A stretch of 64,000 nucleotides of DNA from a virus (lineage: Duplodnaviria; Heunggongvirae; Uroviricota; Caudoviricetes; Thumleimavirales; Hafunaviridae), in IMG/VR virus record IMGVR_UViG_2974793440_000001, positions 12,822 through 76,821 of that record; one strand, written 5' to 3'. This document shows, one piece after another, positions 53,730-61,749 of the stretch (within the stretch, counting starts at the first letter, position 1; every line of letters begins with the position of its first letter). A program made the position numbers and the translations under genes. Under the pieces are notes generated by a model. The model searched no databases, was not told the origin of the DNA, and saw only the letters and a program-made list of their open reading frames with translations.

Positions 53730-54149
53730 TTCTTAGAAGGTTCTGGTCAGCTCGTCACAGCCGGGGCGACCAACTCCCGACGACGCCCCACGGTGGGGCG
53801 TTTCGCCGTTACTCCTGCCACCAACGACGCTCGATGTTGATTATCTCCGATACATCCCGTCGCGGAGCAGACTTTCCACGACGCCGCCAGCAAGCCTTCC
53901 GCCGTAGGGAGTAGAAATACTCGTAGTCGGCTTGCTCTATCTTCTCTATGTCTTCTCCTTCCATACTACCGTAAGTGACACCGCAAGTTGTTCGTCAGTA
54001 GTTACTTCGAGGGGACAGCTCGCCGCCGAGTCCCGCTGGCTCCGCCCTCGGAACCGGGCACTTCGTCGGTTCGAGCGTCATTTGGTCAACCCCGTGTTTC
54101 GAGAGAGGTTCACCACACCGACTACACCGCTCGTCTTCTCGGGACATTA

Positions 54150-54476
54150 CTACTCTGCCTCGAACCAGAACTTCACCCCGACTCCCTTCCCGGTGAGGGT
54201 TGCGAACTTGAACTCGAATCCGAAGTCGGAGAGCGTGTTTCGCTCCGTGTTCATCAGAAGGTGGGAGGATAGTTCGCCTTCACCATCCCGCCACGTCTGG
54301 TGGGGAATCAGAATCATCTGAACGTCCCCCATCCGACCTCGGCGGAGGTGGCTCAGCTCACCGAACCGCTCGGGAAGCTCGTCGAGGATTTGTTCTTCGA
54401 GGTCGTCGTAGTCCACGTCCTCGGTCGTCGGTTCGTCGGTGCTGGTGCTGTCGGTCGTGCTGGTAGTCGTACTCAT
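54150..54476 (-). CDS. hypothetical acidic protein (108 aa from the internal ATG)
   Basis: MSTTTSTTDSTSTDEPTTEDVDYDDLEEQ... Confidence 0.3.
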   Translation of the reverse strand: MSTTTSTTDSTSTDEPTTEDVDYDDLEEQILDELPERFGELSHLRRGRMGDVQMILIPHQTWRDGEGELSSHLLMNTERNTLSDFGFEFKFATLTGKGVGVKFWFEAE

Positions 54477-54483
54477 TGTAGGA

Positions 54484-55137
54484 TTACTCGCTGGTTTCTC
54501 GCTCTCGTTCCCGCCGGGCGCAGATGTTATCGAGGAACAGCTTGAGCGAATACTCGGGAATCGGTCGGTCGGCGTTCTCCACGGCAACCCGTGGGCTGAT
54601 TACCTCGAACGGCTCGCCGTCCGGGTCGTACATCCGCCACTCTCCTTGACCGAGAGCTTCGAGAGTGTACGTCACCGGGTCTTTCGAGGACAGCCGGATG
54701 TAGTAGTCGTACTCGTACCGAACTCCCCGAGAGTGAAGCGGCCCTTCGAGTAGCTGTATCGCTTCACCCAAATCCTCACGGGTTTCCTCGATGAATCGGA
54801 GCTTCGTGATGATGTCGTTGTAGAACCCGGCAAGGGCGAGCTGTTGAACCGACTCCTGCTGGTCTTCCGGGTCGTGGTAGAACCGCTCACCACCCTCGTT
54901 GTAGAACCCCTCCTCGGCGTGATAGATTACACACCGCTGGTAATACTGAATCAGCTCGTGGTTCTCCACGGCGGCTTCAGCGATAGTCCACAGAGGAATG
55001 TCGTCGGGAAGCTCGTCGGGGTCGAACGCCGAGCATCGTATCTCGTCACCTCCCTCTCGGGCGTAGTCGTAGTACCGCTTAGCGGTGGTCTGTACCTCTC
55101 GGATGTAACTCTCGAATGTATCGTACTTGTTGCTCAT
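54484..55137 (-). CDS. hypothetical protein (217 aa from the internal ATG)
   Basis: MSNKYDTFESYIREVQ... Confidence 0.35.
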   Translation of the reverse strand: MSNKYDTFESYIREVQTTAKRYYDYAREGGDEIRCSAFDPDELPDDIPLWTIAEAAVENHELIQYYQRCVIYHAEEGFYNEGGERFYHDPEDQQESVQQLALAGFYNDIITKLRFIEETREDLGEAIQLLEGPLHSRGVRYEYDYYIRLSSKDPVTYTLEALGQGEWRMYDPDGEPFEVISPRVAVENADRPIPEYSLKLFLDNICARRERERETSE

Positions 55138-55281
55138 AGGTAGGGTAACTCCGGTCGAATGACCTCGAACACGATTATCGCAATCCAGAGAACGAAGGAC
55201 GCAAGAAGAACCTCGGCAGGAATCATACCGGGACGGCGGCCCCGCCGCCACCCCGTCGCTTGAAGAACTCTCGTAGGAGGT

Positions 55282-56133
55282 CTACCACAGTTCCACCCCC
55301 GGAGTGTCCACGTACAGCGGGCCGATTAGTTCGGCCACCTCGCTGAAGTTCTCCGGCTTCACGATGAAGCCCCGCCAAGCAAGACTGAACTTCCCGAGGT
55401 CGCGCTCCTTCAGCTCGTCGTCCAAGACTCGGCAGATGTGTTCGTTGTAGAGCCGGGGAACCACGAAGAACCCCTGAGGGAACTGTTCTATCTGGAAGGT
55501 CGTCGGCTTCTCCTTCACGAGTGAACCCCACAGGTGGGTCTTCTCCGGGTCGCCGCCGTGTTGGGACACCCACATCTGAGTCACGAGGCTCCGGTAGCGT
55601 TCGTGAGTGTGGAGGGCTTCCACGTTCCTCGGCTCTTTCAACACATCGAGGGTGTCTATCTCATCGAGGTGGTGCTTGAGGTCGTCCACCACGAGGGCCT
55701 TTGCGATGTTCTCGTTCAGCTCCTTCATCGTCCCGTAGAGGGTGTCCGACGCCCACCCGTCCTCCACGGTCTGCTCGATTGTCTCCGGGTCGAGAACGAA
55801 CCGCCGGTAGTAGCCCCACACCTTCCCACCGACTGACTCGTAATACTGCTCGATGCGTCCGAACTCTGTCTCCCACACTTTCGGGTCGTCGTTGGCGGCC
55901 TCGAAGTCGGGGCGCTCCGTGTAAATCGTCTTGCTCTTGCCGTTGAAGATTTCCCGAATCCAGAAGTCGTCGTAGAGGGGCTTTGGGTCGTCCGGGTCAG
56001 TCAGTTGACCGGCCTTCCACACCGGATGAACCGGGTCGTCGGGCTTCAGGGTCGTCGTTCCGACGTGTTTGTTCTTCTTGAGTTCGACCAGCGATTCTCC
56101 GGCCTTCGTCTCGATAGGAGTTGGAACGCTCAT
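55282..56133 (-). CDS. hypothetical protein
   Basis: 283 aa; TTTAAAGACTCAAA immediately upstream of the ATG. Confidence 0.35.
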   Translation of the reverse strand: MSVPTPIETKAGESLVELKKNKHVGTTTLKPDDPVHPVWKAGQLTDPDDPKPLYDDFWIREIFNGKSKTIYTERPDFEAANDDPKVWETEFGRIEQYYESVGGKVWGYYRRFVLDPETIEQTVEDGWASDTLYGTMKELNENIAKALVVDDLKHHLDEIDTLDVLKEPRNVEALHTHERYRSLVTQMWVSQHGGDPEKTHLWGSLVKEKPTTFQIEQFPQGFFVVPRLYNEHICRVLDDELKERDLGKFSLAWRGFIVKPENFSEVAELIGPLYVDTPGVELW

Positions 56134-56142
56134 TTTGAGTCT

Positions 56143-56328
56143 TTAAATCATCCGCCGAGCCGCCATTCCACCAACGAACTTCTGGTGGTGCTGTCCACAG
56201 AGGATGAACCGCGCCGTGTCGTCCTCCGCAATCCGTGTTCCCTGATACGGGCAGGGGTCGTCGTCGGTCGCTACTTCTCGTCCGTGGTGGCACATCTCGT
56301 TGCCGTGGTAGTGTTCAAAGTCAACCAT
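56143..56328 (-). CDS. small Cys/His-rich protein (61 aa)
   Basis: MVDFEHYHGNEMCHHGREVATDDDPCPYQG...; 1-nt overlap with the upstream gene. Confidence 0.25.
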   Translation of the reverse strand: MVDFEHYHGNEMCHHGREVATDDDPCPYQGTRIAEDDTARFILCGQHHQKFVGGMAARRMI

Positions 56329-56504
56329 TAGTGAGTCTCCGCGTAGTGTTGTTCGTGGGTCTTTGCGCTGAACATCGGGAGTTTGTCCTGCCACCATCGC
56401 TTCCAGAGACAGCGGAAGTTCGAGCAACGTACTCCGTAGCTCCGTTCTTCGACCGTTGAATCGCAGGCAGGGCAGTTCTCCGGGTAGTCGTCGTGTGGTT
56501 CCAT
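56328..56504 (-). CDS. small zinc-binding protein (58 aa from the internal ATG)
   Basis: MEPHDDYPENCPACDSTVEERSYGVRCSNFRC... Confidence 0.3.
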   Translation of the reverse strand: MEPHDDYPENCPACDSTVEERSYGVRCSNFRCLWKRWWQDKLPMFSAKTHEQHYAETH

Positions 56505-56770
56505 TACTGAGTGACCTCCTTCGCACAGCTCCGGCAGTAGTATCGCTTGTCTGAATCGCTCGGGAAAGCAATTCGCCACTCTCCCGTCTCCTTATCCCGA
56601 GTAACAGGAGTTCCGTTCAGTCGGGGGCCGCCACATCTCTCGCACTCTAAGGCCACGTCCCACCCCGGAACTCGATGAAGCGCCCTTCGTCGTGGTCGTA
56701 ACCGCCGGTCAGTTGTCGGTAACAGTCCCGACACCGCCACTTCGACCTCATTCCCCGTCCGGCGAGCCAC
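56504..56770 (-). CDS. zinc-ribbon protein
   Basis: 88 aa; 'CERCGGP...YYCRSC'. Confidence 0.3.
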   Translation of the reverse strand: MARRTGNEVEVAVSGLLPTTDRRLRPRRRALHRVPGWDVALECERCGGPRLNGTPVTRDKETGEWRIAFPSDSDKRYYCRSCAKEVTQ

Positions 56771-56785
56771 GTCCGATTCTCGTGG

Positions 56786-57055
56786 TCACACATTGATGGT
56801 CAGCTCCAGAATCTCACTCGTTCGGAACGGCTTGCTCGGGTCTTGTCCCTGAACCGTGGACTCGATGACGACCTCCGCGACCTTCTCGTGAGGATAGTCC
56901 TTAGCGAACACCCCGGAGTCCTCAAGCCTCGATGCGACTTCCCGCCGGGTTTCCAGCGGGAGCTTGTTCGGCTTGAGGTGGAACATATGTCCACCACGGG
57001 AGTCGTTCTTCGGTCGGGCTATCACGTCGTGGGTCTTGGTGTGGGTGACGCTCAT
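56786..57055 (-). CDS. hypothetical protein
   Basis: 89 aa. Confidence 0.3.
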   Translation of the reverse strand: MSVTHTKTHDVIARPKNDSRGGHMFHLKPNKLPLETRREVASRLEDSGVFAKDYPHEKVAEVVIESTVQGQDPSKPFRTSEILELTINV

Positions 57056-57423
57056 CGGTTCTTGGGGTGGAAGATGTGGTTCTCGGGGTAGTCTCGGTCA
57101 GCCGACCATCCGAAGGACTTGAGCCAAACGCTCAGACAGCTCTCACAGAGGTAGACTGTCATATAGCCCCCGGCGAGTCCTCCGGTGTAATCGCTCAGCA
57201 CTCCTTTGTCCCGACCTCCCCGGTTACACTCCGGGCAACGGTCGTCGTGGTGGTATCCCTCGAAGTGAATCCCCGAAGGCATCGACCGGAAGGGATTGTC
57301 GTCCGAAGCGTGAGGCATCTCGAAGACCTCGGTATCCACGCCCCACGTTTCCACGAGGGCTTCCCGTCGCTCGATTCCGATTAACTCTCTATCACCGTCG
57401 CTGTCGTTGGTTTCAACACTCAT
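57052..57423 (-). CDS. zinc-ribbon protein
   Basis: 123 aa; 'CPECNRGG...CESC'; CTAAAGACTC about 20 nt upstream. Confidence 0.35.
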   Translation of the reverse strand: MSVETNDSDGDRELIGIERREALVETWGVDTEVFEMPHASDDNPFRSMPSGIHFEGYHHDDRCPECNRGGRDKGVLSDYTGGLAGGYMTVYLCESCLSVWLKSFGWSADRDYPENHIFHPKNR

Positions 57424-57441
57424 TATTGTCTCTCCGAGTCT

Positions 57442-58110
57442 TTAGACCGAACCGACGACCGTAATCTCGCCACTCTCGATAGCGGCGTCCAACTCCATCG
57501 AGTCCATCCAGACCTTCGAGCAGTCCTCACAGAACGCCTCCGCTCCGTGGGTTCCTCGGTCGGTCACTACGTGGTCGTGGTCACAGACCTCGTTCTGATA
57601 CCGGAATTTCTCCTCGCGGAGTTCGTCGATACGTTCCTCGACGGCCCAATGAAGTCCATTTCGGATGGAAGCCTCGATTTCGGCCTCGTTGACGCCGTTC
57701 TCGTAGGCATCCTTAATCTCTCCCGGCGTTGCCTCGACGGTGAACTCGACAGTCACCGTTCCCCACTTCTCCCCGGTGTATTCCTCACATCGGAGCTTCG
57801 AGCCGCCACGGGAGCCGTGCTTCATCTCCCACTTGCCACGGGAGTAGGGAACGACCTGCCAATCCGGGGAGCAGGAATACTTCGCCATCCCCTCGATGTG
57901 TCCCTTATGGTCGTAGGTCTTGAGGGTGACGTGGGGGAGCTTCACCCGGAGATGCTTCATATCCCTCGGGTACATCTCGAACCACCGACCCATCAGGCGG
58001 GCCTTCCGAAGCTTCTTCCACGCTTCTTCGTCGTTGGCGTGGAATCGGTAGTGGTAGTCCCGACCGTCCGGGTTCCCCATCCAGTCCTCGGGGTACTCTC
58101 GCCACGTCAT
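57442..58110 (-). CDS. hypothetical protein
   Basis: 222 aa. Confidence 0.35.
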   Translation of the reverse strand: MTWREYPEDWMGNPDGRDYHYRFHANDEEAWKKLRKARLMGRWFEMYPRDMKHLRVKLPHVTLKTYDHKGHIEGMAKYSCSPDWQVVPYSRGKWEMKHGSRGGSKLRCEEYTGEKWGTVTVEFTVEATPGEIKDAYENGVNEAEIEASIRNGLHWAVEERIDELREEKFRYQNEVCDHDHVVTDRGTHGAEAFCEDCSKVWMDSMELDAAIESGEITVVGSV

Positions 58111-58228
58111 TACTCGTCGTCCTCCGGTAACAGGTCGCCGTACTTCGTCTTGCTACGCTTGCTTCTCCGCTCGGCTTTCTCGATGCTTTCCAGCTCGTCT
58201 TCGCTGAGGGTATCTTCCAGAGTCGTCA

Positions 58229-58477
58229 TTAGCCTTCGACCTCCTCGATGGGGAGAACCAGCGGTTCGTTCTCGGTGTCTATCGGGTCTTCCGACCAGAA
58301 GAACACACCAAACGTTTCCTCGTCATACTGATGGAGGTCGTAGGCTTCGGTGTAGTTCTCATCATCATCGAAAGCCTCGTTGAACGCCACGACCGCTTCC
58401 TCCTCAGTCTCCGCAGTAACGGTGATTTCGTAGCGGTTCTCCTGTTCGGGGTGGTCAGTTAGTCCAAGTATTCCCAT
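58229..58477 (-). CDS. hypothetical acidic protein
   Basis: 82 aa. Confidence 0.3.
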   Translation of the reverse strand: MGILGLTDHPEQENRYEITVTAETEEEAVVAFNEAFDDDENYTEAYDLHQYDEETFGVFFWSEDPIDTENEPLVLPIEEVEG

Positions 58478-58587
58478 CTCTCACTCCACGATGTAGTGGC
58501 CGTTCGGCGTCTCGTAGACCGTTCCGGGCTTCACGTAGTCGTCGTCCTCTGCCATTACCTCGTCAACCGCGATTTCGAGAATGTTCA

Positions 58588-58860
58588 TTAGTATCCTGCC
58601 TCGTAGACCGCTTCCGCTTGCTCGAACGCCGATTCCTTCGCGTCGGTGAACACCTCTATCTCCACCACAGCACGGGGATAGCCCTCGGTGTCCACGTTGA
58701 AGCTCTCGTAGAGAATCCAGCGGCCATCGAGGTCTTCTTCGAGAAGGTCGCAGGCCGCGAAGATTGCTTCCACGTCGTCGCTTTCGTCCACGGCGTACTC
58801 CGTGGCGAACACGTCCAAGTCCTCCTTCAGCCGCTCGATGATGTGTTCTTCCAGACTCAT
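58588..58860 (-). CDS. hypothetical acidic protein
   Basis: 90 aa. Confidence 0.3.
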   Translation of the reverse strand: MSLEEHIIERLKEDLDVFATEYAVDESDDVEAIFAACDLLEEDLDGRWILYESFNVDTEGYPRAVVEIEVFTDAKESAFEQAEAVYEAGY

Positions 58861-59376
58861 CCCTTGATGATTTGGAGGCCACGGTTCGCTTCGAGGACGT
58901 GTTCCGCCGCCTCTTTCGAGGGGAACGACTCGATTATCTCGAATCGGGCTTCCTCGTTCGCTACGATTGGCTCGGTCGGGTCGATTAGGTGGTATCTCAT
59001 ACTGTTACCAGCTCAGGCTTCGCTTCGTGGGTCGGTTCTGCCGTGGGAGCCAAGCTTAGCTTGGGGCCGCTCGGTTCCCTCGTTACCATCACGGCTCCCG
59101 CCGCTGGTGGGTCATCGTCGTCGCCCCCTCCGCCCCGTGGATTGATTTCGAGAAGCGGATTCGCGTTGCTCTCGTCGTCGTCGCTCCCATCGTTCTCGGC
59201 GGATTGTTTGGGCAAGAATGTCACCACTCAAAGGTGTGCTACTTTCTCCATCGGGTCGTTGAAGCCGTCCAGTTCGTCCATATCGAAGCCGGGAGTGTCT
59301 CGGTCGTCGTAACTTGCCGCGTCGTTCATCTCGGGGTCGTGGAAGTCGGGGTAGTAGTTGTCGTACATCGTTCTCG

Positions 59377-59667
59377 TTAGAGGTCGTTCAGGGCGTTTTC
59401 CAGCTCTCGGTCGAACAGCGCCACCAGTTGCTCGATGTATTGTCCGTCTCGGGGAATCGGCTCTCGCATCTCCCCGTCGATGCCTCGAATCAGGTAGGAG
59501 TCGTCGCTCGGGATTACCTCGATGCCGCCCCACCAGATTTCGTCGTCGTAGAACTTCGCCACCGAAGCCCGGCGGAGTCGAAGCACGTAGTCTCCGACCT
59601 TCCGTTCGAGGTCGGGTTCGCTTAGGTCGATACGTCGGTCGTTGCTTGTCGCTGTTGCTACTGCCAT
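59377..59667 (-). CDS. hypothetical protein (96 aa from the internal ATG)
   Basis: Start ATG 59667 preceded by GAGTGACACCT and a tRNA-like leader. Confidence 0.3.
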   Translation of the reverse strand: MAVATATSNDRRIDLSEPDLERKVGDYVLRLRRASVAKFYDDEIWWGGIEVIPSDDSYLIRGIDGEMREPIPRDGQYIEQLVALFDRELENALNDL

Positions 59668-59769
59668 AGGTGTCACTCGGTAGTATGGACTACCGGAAGC
59701 CCCGCTACGGAGTCGAACCGTAGCTACCGCCACTCGGGGCAAAGGGTTAGAGTTGCTTACTTGAGTCTT

Positions 59770-59870
59770 TAGAGCCTATGGAATCCACGCCTCCGGTCGG
59801 CTCTCTCGGCTCGTTCGAGGTCACAGTACCAGCAGTTACACTCCGGGTTGAACGAATGTGGTTTCTTCAT
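59770..59870 (-). CDS. possible 33-aa Cys-containing micro-protein
   Basis: MKKPHSFNPECNCWYCDLERAERADRRRGFHRL; speculative. Confidence 0.2.
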
Positions 59871-59953
59871 TTGGGGTTAATCGCATCGAGTCGTTGTCCC
59901 CGAGAAAGGTCTTCACTCTCAAAGACAACGTTTGAGTATTAAGTCTTTGCTGT

Positions 59954-60301
59954 TCACATCCAAGCTCCGGTATAGGCCGCTCCGCGACCCTCCCGAACCT
60001 TTCGCTCGCGTTCCTTCCGTCGTTCCTCCTGCGTTCGGAGGGTCTTGAGCTTCTTTCCGGTTCCCCAGTAGGTTGAGACGATGTATTCGCTCTTGGGGTC
60101 AATCACGACCGTCATTACTGCTCCGCTCCACCTCGTTTCCAGCAGGACGTTTCCGCTATGTCCCTGATAGGCGTCTCCCTCCTCGATGGCTTGGTCTATC
60201 GCTTTCATCGGAATCCGTCGCTCGCGTCGTCGGTTCCCACCGTGGGAACGGGGATTGTAGTCGTAGCTCGATGCGTCTCGGCTGAATTGAATCTCGTTCA
60301 T
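59954..60301 (-). CDS. hypothetical basic protein (115 aa from ATG 60301)
   Basis: MNEIQFSRDASSYDYNPRSHGG... Confidence 0.3.
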   Translation of the reverse strand: MNEIQFSRDASSYDYNPRSHGGNRRRERRIPMKAIDQAIEEGDAYQGHSGNVLLETRWSGAVMTVVIDPKSEYIVSTYWGTGKKLKTLRTQEERRKERERKVREGRGAAYTGAWM

Positions 60302-60306
60302 CGTTG

Positions 60307-60636
60307 TCACTCGCTGTCGTGGTAGCTGGAATACCGTCGCTGGTACTTCTCGGCCTTCTTCCGCCGCTCGATTTCCACGTCACTCAGGCCGGAACCCTCG
60401 AAGCTCTCGGGTTCCGACTTCTTCTCGTGGTGAGGATGAATCTCACTCGGGTCGGGTTCTCCGTAGAGGAACTTCCGCAAGTCCTCTCCTTTCAGGAGCT
60501 TTCCCTCGCGTTTTTCCTCTACTATCGCTCCGAAGGCTCGATGCCTCTGGTCGATTTTGAGGTCGGCGCGGTGGCTCCATTGGTTCTCCTTCTCGCTATC
60601 GGTCTGCCGAACCGTCCCGAGTCGTGGCGAGAACAT
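60307..60636 (-). CDS. hypothetical protein
   Basis: 109 aa; preceded by a coupled 43-aa ORF (60637..60768) with a tRNA-like leader. Confidence 0.3.
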   Translation of the reverse strand: MFSPRLGTVRQTDSEKENQWSHRADLKIDQRHRAFGAIVEEKREGKLLKGEDLRKFLYGEPDPSEIHPHHEKKSEPESFEGSGLSDVEIERRKKAEKYQRRYSSYHDSE

Positions 60637-60870
60637 TTATTCGCTCGCTTCGCTATCCGCCGCGTTCAGCGCCGCTAACTTGTCCATCTCCCTCCGGTAA
60701 TCCTCGTCGCTGAGGGGGTTCGTGAGACTGCCAGCGCCGCCGCTACGTCGTGGATACTCTCGTTCCATAGGTGTCACTCACGATAGCTTTCGCTATCGTA
60801 GGCCCTTCCGGGGAGTCGAACCCCGGAGCCGCCGCTAAGGGTTAATGAAGCGCCTTTGAGTCTTTGCGCC

Positions 60871-61749
60871 TTACTCGGAGTTTTCGAGCAACTGCTGAAG
60901 GAGCGCGTCCTTCTCGCGCTGGCTCATCTCACTCACGTCGGGAACCTCCGGCTCGGGAAGCTCGACGTGTTCCTCGTAGTCCTCGTAGTTGATACTAACC
61001 TCATTCTCCACGATGAACTGAAGGAACGTCTCACCGAGGTTGTTCCCGATACCCTTCACTTCCGTAGGGTCGAAAAGGTCGTCGGGGAGGTCGAGGCCGG
61101 TGTCACTCTCGCCGTCGCTACCGCTACCGTCGTTGTTCTTATCGCTCGTTTCCGCCGTCTCATCGACTTCGATTTCTCCGAAGTAGTCACTCAGGAGGGT
61201 TTCGAGACGGGCCACGGCTTCCTCGTAAGTCGGGACGCTCCCGACCTCGAAGCCATCCGCCGCCTCTTGGCGACCCTCACTTGCCACTACCGGAACCACA
61301 GGCTCCCCGTCGCTGTTGATGGGAACCATCACGGTGTCGCTTGCCTCGATGATGTCTTGCGAGAGCAGTAGCTCACGCTGGAACTCATCGACCTCCGCAA
61401 GCGGCTTCACATCAATCGAGTCGTACTTGCCGCTAAACTGATTGTATTCAGAAGCGGTGTAATCGGTGGCCTTCCAGAAGGCACGACCGATAGAGCCGTC
61501 GCTATCGTTAGCGTCGGTCGGCTCGACGATGTTCACCTCACGGGGCGCTTCACACCACTTAGCGATTTCACTCTCGCCACCCTTCTTCACAGAATCCTCT
61601 CCGAACGCCTTACGAACCTCGTGAGCGAGGCTCATCACGGAGTGGTCATCCTTCTGAAGAATGTCGTAGAGGTCGCTAACAGGGTTAGCGCCGAGGGTGT
61701 TCACCGTGTTCTCAACGAAGTCGCCGTTGCTGTTGACTTTGACAGACAT
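60871..61749 (-). CDS. hypothetical very acidic protein; first gene next to the 2.2-kb non-coding region
   Basis: 292 aa. Confidence 0.4.
   Translation of the reverse strand: MSVKVNSNGDFVENTVNTLGANPVSDLYDILQKDDHSVMSLAHEVRKAFGEDSVKKGGESEIAKWCEAPREVNIVEPTDANDSDGSIGRAFWKATDYTASEYNQFSGKYDSIDVKPLAEVDEFQRELLLSQDIIEASDTVMVPINSDGEPVVPVVASEGRQEAADGFEVGSVPTYEEAVARLETLLSDYFGEIEVDETAETSDKNNDGSGSDGESDTGLDLPDDLFDPTEVKGIGNNLGETFLQFIVENEVSINYEDYEEHVELPEPEVPDVSEMSQREKDALLQQLLENSE

Noticed and set aside
56143-56571. 142-aa version of ORF 56143-56571 and 83-aa version of 56328-56579
   Set aside because: Their 5' parts overlap neighbouring genes in other frames and are Arg-rich. Internal ATGs giving 61-aa and 58-aa products with ATGA/TAATG coupling are more plausible.
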